This document shows, one piece after another, positions 24,770-37,023 of a DNA stretch of 64,000 bases (position 1 is its first letter; every line of letters starts with the position of its first letter). Origin of the DNA: Cyanophora paradoxa CCMP329 (taxonomy: Eukaryota > Plantae > Glaucophyta); assembly GCA_004431415.1 (NCBI GenBank), contig QPMI01000411.1:124001-188000 (forward strand), in the 5' to 3' direction. Below the pieces are notes generated by a model, which saw nothing but the letters and a program-made list of their open reading frames with translations, was not told the origin of the DNA and searched no databases. The position numbers and the translations under genes are program-made.

Positions 24770-25683
24770 ATGGGCCGCTCGGGTCGCACTGGTGAGCGCA
24801 TAGAGTCGAATCGTGCAGCCCGGAGGAGCCCCCCGCTCGACCGATTATTCTAGAAGCAGCCCTTCGCCCGCCGACTCCCCGCTCCTCCCGACGACGCCTC
24901 GCTGACTTCGCCTTTCTTTTTCATGCATGTTGCAGGTGCTGGCAAGCCCACCGGTGCTTCCCTTCCCGCATAATTACACCAGTTCGCCGCCTCTCATACG
25001 GCTGCGCAGTCTCGTCTTCCATGCGCGCCCCGTCTCCGACGGCACCGAAGGCGGCGGCTCCGTCGTCGTCCGGCTCGGGGGTGTTCGGGCCCACGCGCGC
25101 GGCCGCCTCGCCGTCGACTGCCACTGCCACCGCCACAGCTGCTCGCCCCGGTGCGATTCTCTTCTCCTTCCGGCTTTACTGGGTCATCTAAGACGACAAA
25201 CTCGGGCGGATATGGTCCCAGGATTGGGTGCCCAGTCCTCGTGCTGACGTTTGCTCGCAGCTCCGGCCGCATCCGCGCCCGTCCCCGCTCCCGCGGCGCA
25301 CCACGCCCCGACTCCGGCTCCGGCCGCGGCGGCGCACGGACCCGCCCCGGTCGTCGTCCAGCAGGGCCCGGGCATCCTCGCCTCGGTGCGTCCTAGCAGC
25401 GCCATGCGCCTGCCTGCTTCGTGTGAGCCTCTTACACTGAGTACTCATTTTTGTATGCATGCAGATCGCTTCGACTGCGGCTGGCTCGGCGATGGGCCAC
25501 GTTGTCGGCCGCGGCATCTCTGAGATGATCTTCGGCGGCAGGAGCGAGGCCCCGGCTGAGGTGCGCTTTCTTTTTCTTTTAGCTCTTTCATGCGTTCAAC
25601 ATCGCGCCACATTAGCCCTCGGTCGACCGCCTTTCTTTCTCGAACATTCTGACCCGCGACGCGCATCGCGCAGGCGCCCGCCC

Positions 25684-25714
<31 letters not shown>

Positions 25715-25903
25715 CCAGGGCGCTTTCTGCATGTCTGAGGACAAGGAGTTCAAGAGCTGCCTGGAGCAGAACGGCGCGGACAATCTCGCGGCGTGCCAGT
25801 TCTACTACCAGATGCTCATGCAGTGCCGCAACGGGGTCCGCGCCTGTGCCCGCGCCCTCCCGCACCTTCTCTCATTCGCACTTCGCAGGTCATGAAGCAG
25901 TAA
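24770..25903 (+). CDS. Mitochondrial twin CX9C protein, CHCHD2/CHCHD10/Mix17-like
   Basis: A/P-rich N-terminus; conserved helix GPGILA-QIASTAAGSAMGHVVGRGISEMIFGG; twin CX9C motifs CMSEDKEFKSC and CQFYYQMLMQC. Confidence 0.9.
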
Positions 25904-26748
25904 GAGAAAGAAGGCTCCGTCGGGCCCGACAGACGCCCCCCGCTTGCTCCGCGTCGCGCGGCGTTGTATTCTAGGAATGTGAAAACAACCAGTAGTGTCC
26001 GCTTCCTCGAACCTGCGCTGGCCTGCAGGAACCCCCCACCCGTCACTGCCCCCTAAATCACTGCAGCTGTAGCCTAGCAGTCGCACGCCGAAGAACGATA
26101 GAATTCATGACAAGAGCCCGATACGAGCTAGCTATATACTATGATATAGCAATGTTTTGACGGTCTGTAGCTGCTGACAGCCTGCTGTTGTGCGCCCTCG
26201 CGCCGCAGCGATCGAAGCTTGCATTTGCAATTGGGGCCCGGGGCCTCATGATCATGATCAGCTGCCAGGCTGCAGCGGCCTCTCAAATTAAATTTCATGA
26301 AAGTTGATGAAACCCACTGGGCCAGCTGCAGCTGCATGCGCAGTCGATCGCGAGTCCGATCGAAACGGTCGGGCCTGGGCTAGTGCACTATATTAAGACG
26401 TTTGGCTGAAGTTCTAGTTGATTCAATTCATTGATCATGACAAGAATTATTAACAGAGGCACGTAGCGACGCCGCGAAAAATGCGGGACTTTTCGCAATC
26501 TATGGCTAATCAGATGCACTGAGCAAGGAGATCGAATATGGCGGATGCAGGGGACAGCATCCCCGCGGAAAAGGGTCCGCTGAAACGCACTGTATAGAAA
26601 GAATACATCCAAGTCAGATGCCGACTGCCTTGGGGCCCGGGAATGCCCCTGGAGGCGACACGACGCGCCTCAGTCACTAGGGCGGAGGAGGAATCTACGG
26701 TTTGCAGAAGAGGCCATTGAAAACCAATCGAAGCTCAGACTACTGTGT

Positions 26749-27855
26749 TCACGGTGCGCGGAAGCCTGTGCCCGCGCCGCTATCCATGGGCCAGAACGAG
26801 GCGAAGGGAGCGGCCGGCGGGGCGGCCTGGGAGGGGAAGGCGGAGGGGGAGAGTGGAACGGGGGCGGGCTGAGGGTCGGCGGGGAGCCAGGCGCGGGGCT
26901 GGGAGCGGGGCATCCACTCCAGCAGCGGGGGGGGCTTCGGCGGCTCCTCATCGTCCTGCATGGCGCTCGCTGTGTCCGCCTCGCCCATCCCAGCGTCCTC
27001 CTGCGCGCGCGGCCCGCCCCGCGTGAGCCGGCGCCCGCGCCCCCCCGCTCACATTTCCATGGGGCTCACGTCGTCGCGGATCTCCTCGATGCGCGGGCGG
27101 GAGCTCGAGCCGCCCTGCAGCTCCTCGCGCAGCCTCGCCTGCTGGTCCATAATTATCTTCCGGATGAACTCGCTAGAATCCACGTCCACCCTGCTGATGT
27201 CGATGTCGAAGCCGGCGGCTTGCAGCGCGCGCGGAATCGACTCCTTGAGACGCTCGAAGATGTTCGCGTTGGGCCTGTAGAGGACTAGAGCGCGGCTGTT
27301 GTCGTCCGGCGGCTCCACGACGACAGGAGACGACGGCGGTGCGGGCGCGGCCGGGGTCATCTCGCTGTCCTGCAGCTGGGTGAGGCCGTTGCGCCCAAAA
27401 AGATCGCGCGCAACGGCGTCCGACGACTCCCCGCTGCGGGGGAAGCGTGCGGGGTCAGACGTGAAGGTTCCAGAGGAGTCGGGATGCGGGTGCGCGTACA
27501 ACGCTGGACGGTCGAATCCGCCGCTGTTGCGCTTCACGCCAGGCATGGAAGTGGAAGTAGAGGCGATGGGGGACGATGCCTCAACGAAGACGGGTGGGGC
27601 GTGCGAGGTGGGGCTCTGCAAGGACAACGATCCCAGTTCGCGCGCTATTGCCTCGCTGAGCGCGCGCTTTGCCCTTGGATCGAGGTCCTCCAGATCGAGG
27701 GCGCTCGCGCGACGCTTGCCCCGAGACGGCACCTCCCGCGCCGCGCCCTCGCGCATCCCAGCGAGGAACCCCTGCTGGGGCGCGTGTTGGAACGGCTGTT
27801 GGAACGGCTGCTGGAAAGGCGGCATCTGCGGCCACTGCACGACGACAGGCGACAT
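26749..27855 (-). CDS. Hypothetical, largely disordered protein (NLS-like KRR; ALVLYRP motif)
   Basis: Long exon MSPVVVQWPQMPPF..IEEIRDD, then a GT-AG intron, then EDAGMGEAD..FRAP*. The ALVLYRP motif is only loosely reminiscent of CCDC117-like proteins. Confidence 0.65.
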
Positions 27856-28234
27856 CCGGCGCGCTCGTTGATGGACCGTGCCCGACGAGGGCTTGTTGGG
27901 ACCGCTCGACGCCACCGTGCGGTTGACCCGCGACGGGCCTCAAATGCGAGCGCAAACTGAGCGCGGGTTTGTGTGCGTCGTGCTTGTTCTAGAAAGTGCC
28001 AGAACTCAAACACAAGAGGGAGGTACCCCATCACAAGATCACCCCCCTTCCGTCGCTTCAACTTTCGCGCGGCAGCGCGTGCAAGCTCTCACCCGCTCCG
28101 CGAAGAGTTACGGCGATGGTGCAGCTAGCGCTGGTATCGATGTCCGACGGCACGTCCCGCTTCAAGAGCGAGCCCATCAAGAGGCTTCAGCCTCTCGCGC
28201 ACGAGCACCAGAGAAAACGAAGCAGCGACGGGCG

Positions 28235-28335
28235 ATGGGTGGGCTCTGCTGCAAAGTCCCGCCCGAAACGGCGAGCTCGGCGAAGCAGGAGGTCGTCAAG
28301 GCACACGCGAAGCCGGGCACGGATGAAGAGGAGGG
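28235..28335 (+). CDS. Putative first exon with N-myristoylation/palmitoylation motif (MGGLCCK), probably the 5' end of the NACHT gene
   Basis: MGGLCCKVPPETASSAKQEVVKAHAKPGTDEEEG. It lies ~380 bp from a divergent gene start, like the other head-to-head pairs here, and the sequence turns abruptly AT-rich after 28338. Confidence 0.5.
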
Positions 28336-29008
28336 GCGAATAAACTTGTACACTCAAGCTTCGGTGGGTTCGGGCCGCTGTGGCAAGTCGGCGGGCGAGG
28401 CCAAGTTGGAGGCCAATATACCACTTGTATATCGTAGAAATACCAACACTGAATTACGTAAGAGATTACACCCCACCATACACACAACCATAACTATTCA
28501 GCTGCAACCCCAGCGCGCTGATAGCACGGGCACGCTAGCTGCGGACTACGCAGGAGCTTAGCTGCGTCCGTGCCACCTACGGGGGCGACAAGCCTGCGGG
28601 CAACGCAGGCAGGGCCCGCTGAAGGGGGGTACGCGGTCCCCCTATCCTGCCTAAACTACGACGACGAGGCCGGCGTAGCGAGCTGCCCACGAGCAGCGAT
28701 CGACGCGGCCTGCGCCGCAGCTTGGGGGGCCGGGGCCGCCCCGGGGGCGGCCCGCAGCGGGCCGGAGCCGGCCAGCAGAAGGGGCTTGAGGCGGAGCCCC
28801 GCGTCCACGCCCGAGAGGAACCGCAGGAGGATGTTCCTGCGATTACAGACGGTCAGGTTGTGATTACGAGACATCGATCGCGATTAGATTTCAATGGGTT
28901 AAGATTAGGATATAAACTTAATGTTTACTAACGGCGGTCATAGATTTACGCCCGCAATCTCCCCCTCCAGGTCTCCCCCCCCCCCCGGCGCCCCTGACGC
29001 CGCGGCAG

Positions 29009-29217
29009 CCGTGCGGACCGGGAAGTGGCGTAAGAGCGCCAAGGTCGACCTGGTGTACGTCACGCCGGAGAAGCTGGCGCCGAAGCGGGGCGAGGCGGAG
29101 TCGAGCTTCGTGAAGAACCTCAAGGAGGCGCACCGCAGCGGGCTCGTCAACGGAATCGTCGTGGACGAGTGCCACTGCGTCATCGAGTGGGGGAGCACCT
29201 TCCGCCCGGCCTACGAG
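29009..29217 (+). pseudogene. Isolated RecQ-family helicase exon (motifs Ib-II plus aromatic-rich loop)
   Basis: VDLVYVTPEKL..GIVVDECHCVIEWGSTFRPAYE, bounded by a ctgac..cag acceptor and a gtgcgc donor. No Walker A or motifs III-VI nearby. Confidence 0.8.
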
Positions 29218-29477
29218 GTGCGCCGCGGGCGCCAGCTTCTCCGGCGCGGCGCCCCCTTCTCCTCGGAACCAAACCGGAACCAACCAGCTCGCAAGGGGGG
29301 CGCAAGGGGGGGCAAGGTTCGGGCTTAGTAGGGGGTCGGTCTCTTCTAAAGGGGAGGATAGCTTCTGTTGATTTTCGATATGCACAAAAAGGCGATATGC
29401 ACAAGGTCTGCAGGCTATATGCCGCGGTATGTACAGTGGGGCCCGGGGCCGCCGGGGGCGTCGAAGGTTGAGCTGGC

Positions 29478-29867
29478 CTAGGCCGGGGGGAGGGCGGGGG
29501 AGGCGGCGGGCTCCGGGAGGCCGACCGCGTAGGAGCCGAGGCGGGCGTCGGGGCGCGCCTCATCTTCGAGCTCCTTGTCAGCCGCGTCGGCGCTCTCGTG
29601 CACGTACTCCGGGCGCAGCACGGGAGGCACGCGGGCCGCCCCGCCCTGCAGCAGCGCCCGCCGCTCCTCGGCCAGCCCCGCCAGCACCTCCGCCGCCCCG
29701 CGCTCGTCCTGCGTGTGCCCCCCGGGGCGCCCCTTGGCGCGGGCGGCGGTCGGAGGGGCGCGCGGGGTTCGGCGCACGGGGTCGACGACGATGTGGGTGA
29801 CGGCTGGGCAGAGGCGCGGCGCGACGCGCGCGCCCCGCGCCAGCGCCACCACCTTCGTCAGCCGCAC
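29478..29867 (-). pseudogene. Isolated BRCT-domain gene fragment (3' exons of another gene)
   Basis: RLTKVVALARGARVAPRLCPAVTHIVVDP..VPPVLRPEYVHES matches the BRCT THxV and xxxW/YxxxS pattern. It begins at a splice acceptor with no upstream exons. Confidence 0.6.
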
Positions 29868-29908
29868 CTGCGAGCCCCGCACGCCCTCCCTGCCGCCACT
29901 ACGAGTGA

Positions 29909-32900
29909 GAGAGGCCGGATCCGCTGGGCGTGGTCCAGCTGCAACCCCAGCGCGAGCTCAAGCTCAGCGCGAGCCGCGTGCCGTCTGCAGCTGCGGATTC
30001 GCGTCCGTCAGCGGCAGCGGCAGTGCATGCGACCGGCCAAGCGCTGCCTGCTCCGGATCCGCGAGTTCCCGAGTTCAAGAAGTTCGCTCCTTCGATAGAC
30101 CCCGAGCTGCGGTCAGCACATGAGCGGGCGCTGCAGCAGCAGCAGCAGCATGACAGCGCTGGAATTCGAACGTGCGCCGAGGCCGCCGTGAATCTTAAAC
30201 TGGCGAGCGAGGAGGCGAGCGCCGCCCTGCGGCAGTTGGTCGAGGAGGGTGCGCGCACAAATCGTTCTGTGTCTGCCTCCGGATCCAGGTCGACACCTTA
30301 CTCCTCGGCAGTTCTGCGCCAGTTCAGCAGGACTGCGGAACAGCCGTCCGCAGCAGCGATGGCCGATGTTGCGCGCCTGGTGGCCTGCGGGGACGCCGGA
30401 ATCGCTCGGAAGGTGAGCTGTTCTTGCGAGGGGCCACTAGCTTGTCGACGCTGACGGGGCGCAGGTGGTTTCGCAGCTGCTGGGGCGCGTCAGGAGGCCC
30501 GAGCAAGGCCTGGTGGACCTCGGGGCGGTCCGTGCCGTGGAGCTGGCCTTGGAGCTGCTCTCCGAGGGAACGGCGGAGTGCATGGACGCGAACGACTGGC
30601 TCCGCGTCCTCCTGCACTGCTGCGACCTCGTGCGCCGTCTGCCGGCCGCCCTGCCGCTTTCCTCCCGCTGACCGCGTTGCAGCTGACGCCGGCCGGCTCG
30701 AGCGACCCCACCGCTGTCGTGCGGCCGACCGAGCCCAGCTCCCTCGACTACATACGCACCGCGGCCGCCGCCCTCAGCTCGGCGGAGCTCTGCGGTGCGC
30801 CGCTGCTTATCATTTACCTGTTCTTGCGCACGGAGCGATCCCCGTCTGCAGGGGCCGGCCCTCTGTCCGGGGAGGTCGTGACCCGCCTCCAGTCGAAGAT
30901 CTCGGCGTTCGCGGAAGAGGCGGCGAGGGCGCCCGCCGGGGCCTGGGCCGCCGAGGCGCACGCCCGGGCCGCGGAGCAGGCCCTGCTACGCCTGCAGGAG
31001 AGCCCGCAGTCGGGCCCGCGCGCCGCCAAAATCCTGCGCAAGACGCGATCCCTAGTGGAGGCGTTCAAGGGGGTGGCGAAGCTGGGGCGGATGGCGGCGG
31101 ACGCGGCGCTGAGCTTCGGCGTAACGACCCTCATCGACGTCTTCTTCTCCTCCGAGAAGCCCTGGGACATCGCGCGGGACGGTGCGCTCGGGTCCCGTCG
31201 CGCTCTGCGAGACTATCAAATTCATGCGGCGCAGTGGTTCTCGAGCTGCGCGACTTCTTCAGCCGCGAGAAGGTCGGGAGGGTCGAGGAGTGGTGAGCGG
31301 TACTGAGTAATCCTTCGGATCTCCGCTCGCCGAGTCGCGGTCGCCGGCAGGTTCGAGACGGCGCGGATGCTGCAGCTGCTGCTCCGCTCGGGGCGGGGCG
31401 AAGTCTTCGCGCGGCTGATGGAGTCCAGCTTCCGCGATGAGACGCTGCTTCAGCAGGCCTTGCGCCAGCCGCAGCTCGCCCGCCTCGTCGCCCTCGCCCT
31501 TGCCGAGTCCGCCCTCGCCGAGCCCGAGGCCGGCCCCGCCGCCTTCCAGTGGATCGGCCGCCTCGGCGCCGCCCTCGGCCCCGGCCCCGGCCCAGCGGCC
31601 GCCCTTCTCGAGTCGCTCGCGCTCGAAGCTTCGAAGCGCCGGCTCGACACGGTGGCGGCTGCCGCGCGGGCTCAGCTGGGCGCGAGCCGGCCTTCCGCGG
31701 TCGATGCACCGAGCGTGGTCCGCCGCTCGCAATCGCTTGTCTCCTTAATTTTCAAATCGTTTGACCTCTGCCACAGGTCCGGATCCGCCGGCCGCTCCCC
31801 AGCGAGGGGCCCGACTCCGGCGCGAAGTGTCTCGTTCAGATGGCCAGGGCGGCGCTCGAGGGGGGCGAAACCGACTCGCTGAAAACGGTGCGGCCGCGCC
31901 TGCCTGTCTCCTGCATAAGCGCGTCCCCTCTCATCCCGGCCGACACTGGCGTCCCTTCTCCAGTACGCGCGGAGGGCGCTGGAGCTGTCCAGGAAGAAGC
32001 TCGCGCTAAACTTCGTCAGGCCCAAGGTCGAGAAGGCGCGCCGAGCTCTCGCCGGGCTCCGACCTCCTGGCCTGAACCGCCGGGGCTCGCAGGAGGACCC
32101 GGCGCACAGGGGCCGCGCCCTCGTCGTGGACCTGCAGGCCGAGGTCGAGGAGTTCCTCCTGCGCGCCGCCTCCGACTCCTCGCGCCCCGCCGACCAGTTC
32201 CTCCTCCTCGTCACCGGTCCCGCGCTCCCATCCCCGGTGGCTAAGCGTTGCGCCGTTAAGCGTTGAACCCCGGCGCAGGCGACGCGGGGGCCTCGAAGTC
32301 GTCGTTCCTGAACGTGCTGCACGCCTCGTGCCTGGAGAATGTGCTCGCCAGCAGGCCGGGGCCCGTCACCGTGAGGCTCGACCTGGGGAAGTACGATCGG
32401 CGGACCCTCCTGGCCCGTGACTGCACCAAGACCCTCAAGGAGATCGCGAGGGACTGCGTGGGGGTCGAGCTGGAGCGGATACAGCGGCCCCTCGTCCTCC
32501 TCCTGGACGGGTACGACGAGACGGGCCTGACGGACAACGTCTGGGAGCGCAGCGGCGCCAGCGAGTGGGCCCGCGGCGCGGTCGTGACGTGCCGCTCGGA
32601 GTACCTCGCCCGGGCCGCCCCGAACAAGAGCTACAAGGTCGCCCTCGTCCGGCTGGCTCCAGCGCCCCGCCCTCCCCGCGCTGACCCCGCTCGCAGAGTT
32701 GGTTCAAGGCGGAAGACGAGAGCCCCCAGCTGCAGTTCCTCGAGTACCGCATGAAGCCTTTCGACGACGCGCAGGTGCCGTGCTCTGTCTGCCGTCGGCC
32801 ACGTAGCTCTTCTTCCTCCCTCGCTCACGCGTGCGCGTGCCGGCAGGTCGGCGAGTACATCGGGCAGTACGTGAAGTCGAGCGGGGCGCGCGGGGATGCG

Positions 32901-35900
32901 AGCGCGTGCGGCTGGTCTGAAGAGATGTACCGGAAGGAGATCGACGCGACCCCGGGCATCCGCGAGCTCGTCGGGTACATACGCGTCGCCCCGCGCGCCG
33001 CCGGCGTCGTCGGCGCTCCGCCTCCGCTGAAGATCGCCCTCGCGCGCGCGCGCGCAGCAACCCGTTCGCCCTCCACCTGGTGGTCGAGGTCCTGCCCTCG
33101 CTCGTCGAGGAGCGGCGAGCGCGGGGACGCGGGTGCGAGGTCTCGTTCTGAAGTGCGGGCCGTTCGTTCGGGGATCGAGCGCCTGCGGGCAGGGGCGAGC
33201 GGGGCGGCGAGGCGGGGCGGCTGCTGGCCGTCGACCTCTACCGGCGCTTCGCGGAGCGCTGGCTGAGGCGGAACCACAGCCGCGTGGCGGCGCTCGAGTG
33301 CTGCCCGCACGACTGGAAGGCCCCGGAGGTCTTCGCGGCGGACGGCATGGGCTACTGCCGCGCCCTCTCCGCCAAGATGTTCTGCGCCGACCGGAGCCAC
33401 GTCCCCGTGGACGCCGCCCCGCCCAGGAAGAAGTGGACCGAGTCGAGCCGGCAGCGCGCCGCCCGCGCGAGCCCGCTCGGCGAGCCGCAGGCGGACGCGG
33501 CGGGGGACAAGGCGGCGGCGCACCTGAGCGAGTGCCGGCAGTTGCTGCAGCACGGGCGCCCGCTGGCGGAGGTCGCGGCGAGCCCCGAGGCGGGCAGGGG
33601 CGGCGGCGGCGGGGGGCCCTCGCCCGTGGAGCAGGCGATCGTGCGGGACTACGGCCCCATCGCCATCAGCCGGGACGACGAGCGGCGCCTGATCTACTTC
33701 TCCTTCATCCACCGCTCCCTCCTCGAGTTCTTCTGCGCCGAGAAGGTCCGTCTGCGCGTGAGCGCCGCCCTCGCCTCGCCTCCAGCCGCCCGCCTCGCAC
33801 TCGTGCTGGTGCTGGCGCCCTCCTCCGCCGCCCCTCTAACACTGGCCCTCGCCCCGTCAAGGTCCGCGCCGACTCGGCCGAGGCGGCGGAGGAGGAGGAG
33901 GAGGTGGGGGGCGGCGCGCCGCTCGCGCCCGAGGCGCTCCTCAAATACGCGGGCCCGCTCTCGCTGCGCCTCATCGCGAAGGACCGGCTCCTCGTGCAGT
34001 TCCTGGCGCAGGAGGTGCTCCAGGACGACGCCCTCCGCCGCTTCCTCCTCCGCCTCCTCGCCGCGAGCCGCGGGGCCGCCGCCGGCAGCGGCCGCGAGCT
34101 CGCCGCCGCCAACGCCGTCACCGTCCTTGCCGAGGGTGCCCCCGGCCCGCCCGCCCTCTTCCCACGGGCCCCGTCGTCGCGTCGTAGTTCGCCGCTTGGC
34201 TGACGCCCCGCGCGCGCGCCGCAGCGGACCACGACTTCTACGGGGCGGACCTGCGCGGCGTGGCGGTCGCCGGGGCGGACCTCACGGCCTGGTCGGCCGC
34301 CCGCGCCGACCTGCGCGGCGCGCGCCTCGCGGGGTGCACGCTCACGGGGGCGGCGCTGGCGGGGGCCGACCTGCGCGGGGCGGACCTGCGCGGCGTCGCC
34401 TTCGCCGAGTTCGTGGACATGCCGGGGCGCTTCGTCGGCGCCTCGCCGGACCGGCGCTGTGGGGCCACGGCCGAGGCGGACGGGCCGGGCCGCTGGCGCG
34501 TGCGGGCCTTCTCCGAGGCGATCTACCAGGCCAAGGGGGGCAAGTCGAACAGCTGGGACGGCACGGCCGTGCTCCTCGTCGAGGGCGCGCAGCCCGTCGC
34601 CTGCTTCCTCGCCGTCGACGCGGAGAGGTGCGGCCCGGAGCACGCCGCCGCGCTCCTGGAGGACGGCTCCCTCCTCGCCGCCCGCCTCGACGAGGGCTGG
34701 GAGACGCGCCCCGAGGCGCCCCCCGCCGCCCGCCTCGCCCCCGCCGCCCTCGCCGGGCCCGGCACCGCGGCCGCGGCGCTCCTGCCGGCCTCGCGGCGGC
34801 TGCTGTACGCCGCCGCCTCGCGCGACGGCGCCTGCGTCGCCTTCGCCGCCTTCGACCTTGCCTCCCTCGCGGCGCTCCCCGCGGAGTGCGCCCCGGCCGC
34901 CCTCCCGCTCGGCCCCGCGCGCCGCATGGGGCCCCTCGCCGCCTCGCGCGACGGGGCGCGCCTCGCCTCGCCCTGTGCCCCGCGGAGGGCGCCGGCCCCA
35001 GCGAGCTGCACCTCGCCGCGGCCTCGGAGGGCGGCCGGTGGGCGTGGGCGGAGGGCGGCGCGCTGGCGCTGGCGGGCCGGCGACGTGCCTGGCGTGGGGC
35101 GAGGAGGGCCGCCTCGCCGCCTGCCACGGCGGCCGCGTCGACGTCTTCGCCCTCGAGGGCCCCGGCGCGCCGGCGCCGCGCCTGCTCTGGTCCGCCGGCG
35201 GCGGCGTCTCCTGCGCCGCCTTCCTGCCCGACGGCGAGCGCCTCGCGTGCGGGCGGACCGGCGCCGAGGTAACGATCCACGCGGCGGCGGCCGGGGCGCC
35301 GGCGGCGCCGCTGGTGACGCTGCGCGGGGACGCGGGCGGCCGGTCTCGGCCGTCGAGCTGGTGCTCATCCACGGCGACGCGCTCGTGCTGGTCGCGGCGG
35401 GGCCCTCCCCCGCGGACGACTCGCAGACCTTCAGCGCCGGCGCCGCGCTGGCCGAGGAGGCCCGCCGCGTCCCCGCCGCCGCCACCACCGCGCCCCGCTC
35501 CCGCCCCGGCCCCGGCCCGCCCCCGGCCGCCCCCGCCCCGCCCTCTCCCTCGCCTTCTCCCCGACGCCGGCCGCCTCGCCCTCCGCCTCGGGCCCGCCGC
35601 CCCGCCCTCCTCTTCGACCTCGAGCGCGGCGCCGCGTGCGCCCCACGCGCCCTCGACGGGCCCGCCGCCCTCTCCGCCCCCGCCCCGCCCCCGCGCTCCT
35701 CCCCGCCGGCTGGCCCGCCGCCCTCCTCGCCGCCCCGCCCGACGGCCGCGGCGCCGCCGCCGCGCTCTCGGCCTGCGGCGGCCGCCTCCTCCTGGCGCCC
35801 CCCGCCGGCGAGGCGCGCGAGGTCGCGCTGGACCCGCCGGCCCCCGCCCCCGCCGCCGCGCGCCTCTTCCTCGCGGGGGGCGGGGCGGCCTGCCTGCTGC

Positions 35901-37023
35901 AGGCGGGCGCCCCGGCGGGGGCGCCCTCCTGCGCGCCTTCCCCGCCGCCACCGGGCGGCCCCTGGAGTGGGCCCTGGAGCTCTCCGGGGCGGACGTCGTC
36001 GCCCTCGACGGCGCCCACGGCCTCGCCTGCGCCGCCGGGATCGCCCGCACCGGCCCTGCGCCCCGCCTCGCGGCGCTGGTCGTCGACCCGTCGGGGGCAG
36101 CGGGCGAGGAGGCGGCCCTGCAGCAGCAGCGGGCCGTGAGCCTCCCGGCGCCCCCTGGAGCCGAGCTGCTCTCCGTGGCCGTCTCCGCCGGCGCCCGCCG
36201 CCTCGCCTTTGGCCTCCGCCTCGGCCCCCGCGGCGCCGTCTGGGTCGTCGACTCCGCCTCCCAGCTGCTCGTGCGCCCCGCTCCGCCCCGCCCCGCCCCG
36301 CCCCGCCCCGCCCCGCCCCCGCGCCCCATGCTTAGCTTTCTTTCGCCCGCAGGCGTTCGTGCTGGAGGATGGCCTCGAGGGGGCGCCCCTTCCGCGCTCT
36401 GCTTCGCGGGGCCGGCGGACGGGCTCCTCGCCGCCGCCGCGGCGGGGGCGGGGGCGGGGGCGGACGGGGCGGCGCCCTCGCTCTGCGTGTACGACCTGGG
36501 CGAGCGCGGGGGGAGGCGGAGGCGGACCCCGACTGGGAGGCCGCCGCCCCGCCCCTCCTCCGCCGCAGCCGCCACCGCCTCCGCCGCCGCCTCCTCGCCC
36601 CGCCCCGCCTCGCCCTGCAAGGAGCCCGCGTGCGCCCCGCCCGCCGCCCGCCCCTCCCCTTCGGCCCTCGTCCGACGGCCGGCCCCGACCGCGCAGCTGG
36701 ACCGGGCGGCCGTGCCCCTCCCGCCCGACTGGCACGCCTCCGACGAGGCCCTCGCAAAGTCCCGCCCGGACCAGGTGCACCCGCCCCCGCGTCGCCCCGC
36801 TGCGAACCCGCCGGGCTGAGCGCGCGGCCGGCGGCAGCTGAACGTGGGGCTGCTGGTGAGCTGCGGGGCGCACGTGCCGCGGGAGGCGGCCGACATGGGA
36901 GGCCCCGCCCTCTCGTTCGACTGGGCGCGGCGGGTCGCGCTCGCCGAGCAGGGCGCGAGGGCGTGGGCGGCGCGGCACGGGCTCGAGCCCACCGGAGGGG
37001 CCACGTGCATTTCGAGTGCCTGA
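29909..37023 (+). CDS. NLR-like STAND protein: helical N-terminus + NACHT NTPase + pentapeptide repeats + degenerate WD40/beta-propeller
   Basis: Walker A LLLVTGDAGASKS (split by an intron at ~32216-32278); Walker B LVLLLDGYDE; sensor VVTCRSEYL; PFDDAQ; NPFALHLV; DLYRRF; winged-helix FSFIHRSLLEFFCA; AAANAVTVL; pentapeptides ADLRG/ARLAG (~34225-34405); WD-like strands TCLAWGEEGRLA and VSCAAFLPDGERLACG. Several apparent 1-bp frameshifts occur in the distal GC-extreme part. Confidence 0.85.

Noticed and set aside
28336-29908. Insert as a CACTA, Helitron or Pack-MULE element
   Set aside because: A cactac word and a possible 3-bp GAG duplication exist, but there are no matching terminal inverted repeats, no CTRR end with hairpin at an A/T site, and no transposase.
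6096-37023. Metacaspase + LRR + NACHT as one clustered cell-death/immune operon
   Set aside because: They are separated by over 20 kb of unrelated housekeeping genes, and the LRR protein looks LRRC74-like. Nothing in the sequence shows functional linkage.
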